From contig JBPCLP010000016.1 in the NCBI GenBank assembly GCA_051003195.1, positions 3,158 to 67,157 of the forward strand: DNA of 64,000 nucleotides. Direction: 5' to 3'. The translations under genes were made by a program, and so were the position numbers. A model generated the notes under the pieces. The model ran no database searches and was not told the origin of the DNA. It worked only from the letters and a program-made list of their open reading frames with translations. Source of the stretch: Candidatus Sumerlaeaceae bacterium. GTDB taxonomy: Bacteria > Sumerlaeota > Sumerlaeia > Sumerlaeales > Sumerlaeaceae. Shown here in pieces: positions 62,041 to 64,000 of this stretch (position 1 is the first letter of the stretch; every line of letters begins with the position of its first letter).

Positions 62041-63033
62041 TCATTCAGTTTCCCCGCTGTTTCCGTAGCGCCAGTGCAAGAGCGTCACGGCAAAAATGGC
62101 TACAAAGACTACCCAGGCGACTGCCGAAGCGTACCCGATCTGAAACTCCTCGAACCCCTTATTATAGATATAGGCAGTCAGCGTTGTCGTTGTACCCGCC
62201 GGCCCACCATTTCCCGTCATGATGCGACCTTGTTCAAAACCTCCCTGCAACCCGCCGATGAAACTCATCACGACGATGAAAAACGTGGTCGGTGCCAGCT
62301 GTGGCCATGTGACATTCCGGAACATCTGCCATCGGCTCGCACCGTCTATGGAAGCTGCTTCCAGCAGATCCCGCGGCACGTTACCCAGCGCCGCCATGTA
62401 GAGCAGCATGTTATTGCCTCCAATGGCTATCCATATTCCCATAACGACAATCGCATCGCGAGCTCCAACACCCCATTGACGGCTGGTTAGACCTACGCGC
62501 TCCACTTCCAGGCCGAGTAGATTTCTTGTAGAGAGCAGCCATTGCGGTGCTCGAGCTGGCGAGATTCCTAACGCGCCCAGCAGATCGTTCACATGCAGAT
62601 GATGAAGTGCCCAATTGATCCCTGCGTTGATCGGGCCGAATTCAGGGTTGTAGAGAGCCTTCCACAAAATCATCAGAGCCACTCCGCTCGTGATGCTCGG
62701 CAGGTAGAAGATTGTTCGGTAAAAGGTAACGCCGCGCAGGGGCTGATTGAGCAGAAGCGCCAGCACCAGCGAGCCAGCAATCGCCAGCGGAATACCCAGC
62801 ATCAGGTAGATCGTGTTGATTACATAAAGCCAGAACTCGGAATTATGAGCGAGTGCTGTAAAGTTGTCCAGCGCGATCCATCGGAAAGGGACTGTGCGCT
62901 GCAGATTCCAGTTTGAGAGGCTTACAACCAGCGAGAAGAGCACTGGACCTGCCGTGAAGACGACAAAGCCGACTAGATTTGGCGCGAGAAACCCTGCCGC
63001 TGCGGCATAATCGCTTCTCCGCGTACTTCTCAC
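62041..63033 (-). CDS. Carbohydrate ABC transporter permease (MalF-like)
   Basis: It has TM segments and an EAA-loop. Its stop overlaps the upstream gene. Confidence 0.85.
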   Translation of the reverse strand: MRSTRRSDYAAAAGFLAPNLVGFVVFTAGPVLFSLVVSLSNWNLQRTVPFRWIALDNFTALAHNSEFWLYVINTIYLMLGIPLAIAGSLVLALLLNQPLRGVTFYRTIFYLPSITSGVALMILWKALYNPEFGPINAGINWALHHLHVNDLLGALGISPARAPQWLLSTRNLLGLEVERVGLTSRQWGVGARDAIVVMGIWIAIGGNNMLLYMAALGNVPRDLLEAASIDGASRWQMFRNVTWPQLAPTTFFIVVMSFIGGLQGGFEQGRIMTGNGGPAGTTTTLTAYIYNKGFEEFQIGYASAVAWVVFVAIFAVTLLHWRYGNSGETE

Positions 63034-64000
63034 TTTGGCTGCCTTGCCACTCGTGCGTCGTATTCCCGTTTCAAGTCGGGATTGTTCGCGATGTTTTCCT
63101 GGATCTGCGCGTTGATTTGGGCCGCCAGTTGGCGCATGGCATCCGCCGCCGATTTCTGGTTTATTTTTACCAGGTCGATTTGTTTGTTAAGCCAGCCATA
63201 GGCTTGTACCGCATCGATAAACGGGCTGACCGCTTCCTGTTCCGTGTGGTTCATGACCTCACGCCAGACTGTATTAAAGTCTTCGTCCGGGTAATCCGGA
63301 TCGTGTAAGAAATCATCCGTGTAGCTATACTTTTTCACGGGTCCAACGGCGTCTGCCTGGTGGTTGATCAACTGGTTGTATTCTTTTGAGGCCATGTACT
63401 GCATGAATCTTAGCGCCTGCTCACGGCGTGGGCTGCTTTTATTAATAATAATACTTTTACCGTAGCCATAAAACACGCGGCGTTTCGCGTGCGGACATTC
63501 CACGGCTCCAAGTCTTAGTCCTTTGATTTCCCGCAGCCGCACGAGCCACCATCTTCCGCCCACCGCCATCGCCGATTTGCTTTCGCCAAAAAGCGTCATG
63601 ATGCCGGCGCCCCAACCACCCTGCGTCGCGATCGCCAGCTCTTCATTAGGGTTCGGCGTCACATGGTACTTGTAGACAAGGTCATGCATGAATTGCGTAG
63701 CCGCGATGACTTCCGGGCTGTCCGTGACGCAGCGGGTACCATCCGCGCTATAAAAGTGCCCCCCCCATTGAATAACGAAAAGCCGCCATTGCTGGATCCA
63801 GTCGAAGGCGAGCGCATAACACACTATTTTGCCTTGCGCGTCCCGCTGTACGAGGCGTTGCGCGAATGGTACAAACTGCTCCCAGGTCCATGGTCCCGTG
63901 GGATATTGCACGCCAAGCTTGTCCAGAATGTCCTTGTTAAACCAAACGGCGTCCGCGGCGGCATTGCACGGGAATCCAAAAACGCGATCCCCTACGCGGA
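63030..64000 (-). CDS. ABC transporter extracellular solute-binding protein (sugar), 5' end outside window
   Basis: Its C-terminal portion matches the SBP_bac_1 family, and the ORF runs to the window end. Confidence 0.7.
   Translation of the reverse strand, partial: RVGDRVFGFPCNAAADAVWFNKDILDKLGVQYPTGPWTWEQFVPFAQRLVQRDAQGKIVCYALAFDWIQQWRLFVIQWGGHFYSADGTRCVTDSPEVIAATQFMHDLVYKYHVTPNPNEELAIATQGGWGAGIMTLFGESKSAMAVGGRWWLVRLREIKGLRLGAVECPHAKRRVFYGYGKSIIINKSSPRREQALRFMQYMASKEYNQLINHQADAVGPVKKYSYTDDFLHDPDYPDEDFNTVWREVMNHTEQEAVSPFIDAVQAYGWLNKQIDLVKINQKSAADAMRQLAAQINAQIQENIANNPDLKREYDARVARQPK

Overview
This is a high-GC bacterial chromosomal segment, roughly 58-60% GC, with several lower-GC patches. 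Its gene content looks like a soil heterotroph, possibly Acidobacteriota-like, but that is inference only. I found no rRNA, tRNA, CRISPR array, integrase or transposase.

Recognisable housekeeping genes are acs, ndk, acpS, speA, fumC, rpsA, mobA, an ABC-F ATPase, a LivHM permease pair, a sugar ABC transporter, a sulfatase, an S10 peptidase, GH2 and GHL10 hydrolases, a GGDEF response regulator and an SPFH protein.

Several regions look accessory:
- 1-5055: a translationally coupled sugar operon (MFS transporter, BadF-type kinase, cupin PGI, cupin, class-I PMI-like) with an orphan HicB antitoxin gene inserted.
- 5.06-8.3 kb: a repeat-rich, AT-rich patch carrying a tandem-repeat secreted protein, a clear ANT(4')/kanamycin-nucleotidyltransferase homolog, a VanZ-like gene and a large CACAGAG-motif palindrome.
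- 18.9-21.4 kb: a low-GC cassette with two secreted unknowns and a peptidoglycan-binding GH46-like lysozyme/chitosanase-fold protein that lacks a signal peptide.
- 23.9-30.7 kb: the most interesting locus. It is a co-directional, start/stop-coupled three-gene module encoding a fused PLD-nuclease/SNF2-helicase (1062 aa), a roughly 1000-aa PglX/Eco57I-family N6-adenine methyltransferase with a low-GC target-recognition region, and a 196-aa protein with a clan-CD (caspase-like) His-Gly...Ala-Cys dyad pattern. It resembles a pared-down class 1 DISARM (DrmC+DrmD fused, DrmMI present, DrmA/B absent) or a BREX-like methyltransferase paired with a PLD-helicase. It is a candidate unclassified phage-defence system.
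- 30.75-31.56 kb: an 830-bp non-coding tract with duplicated units and AACTTGAAAA tandem repeats.
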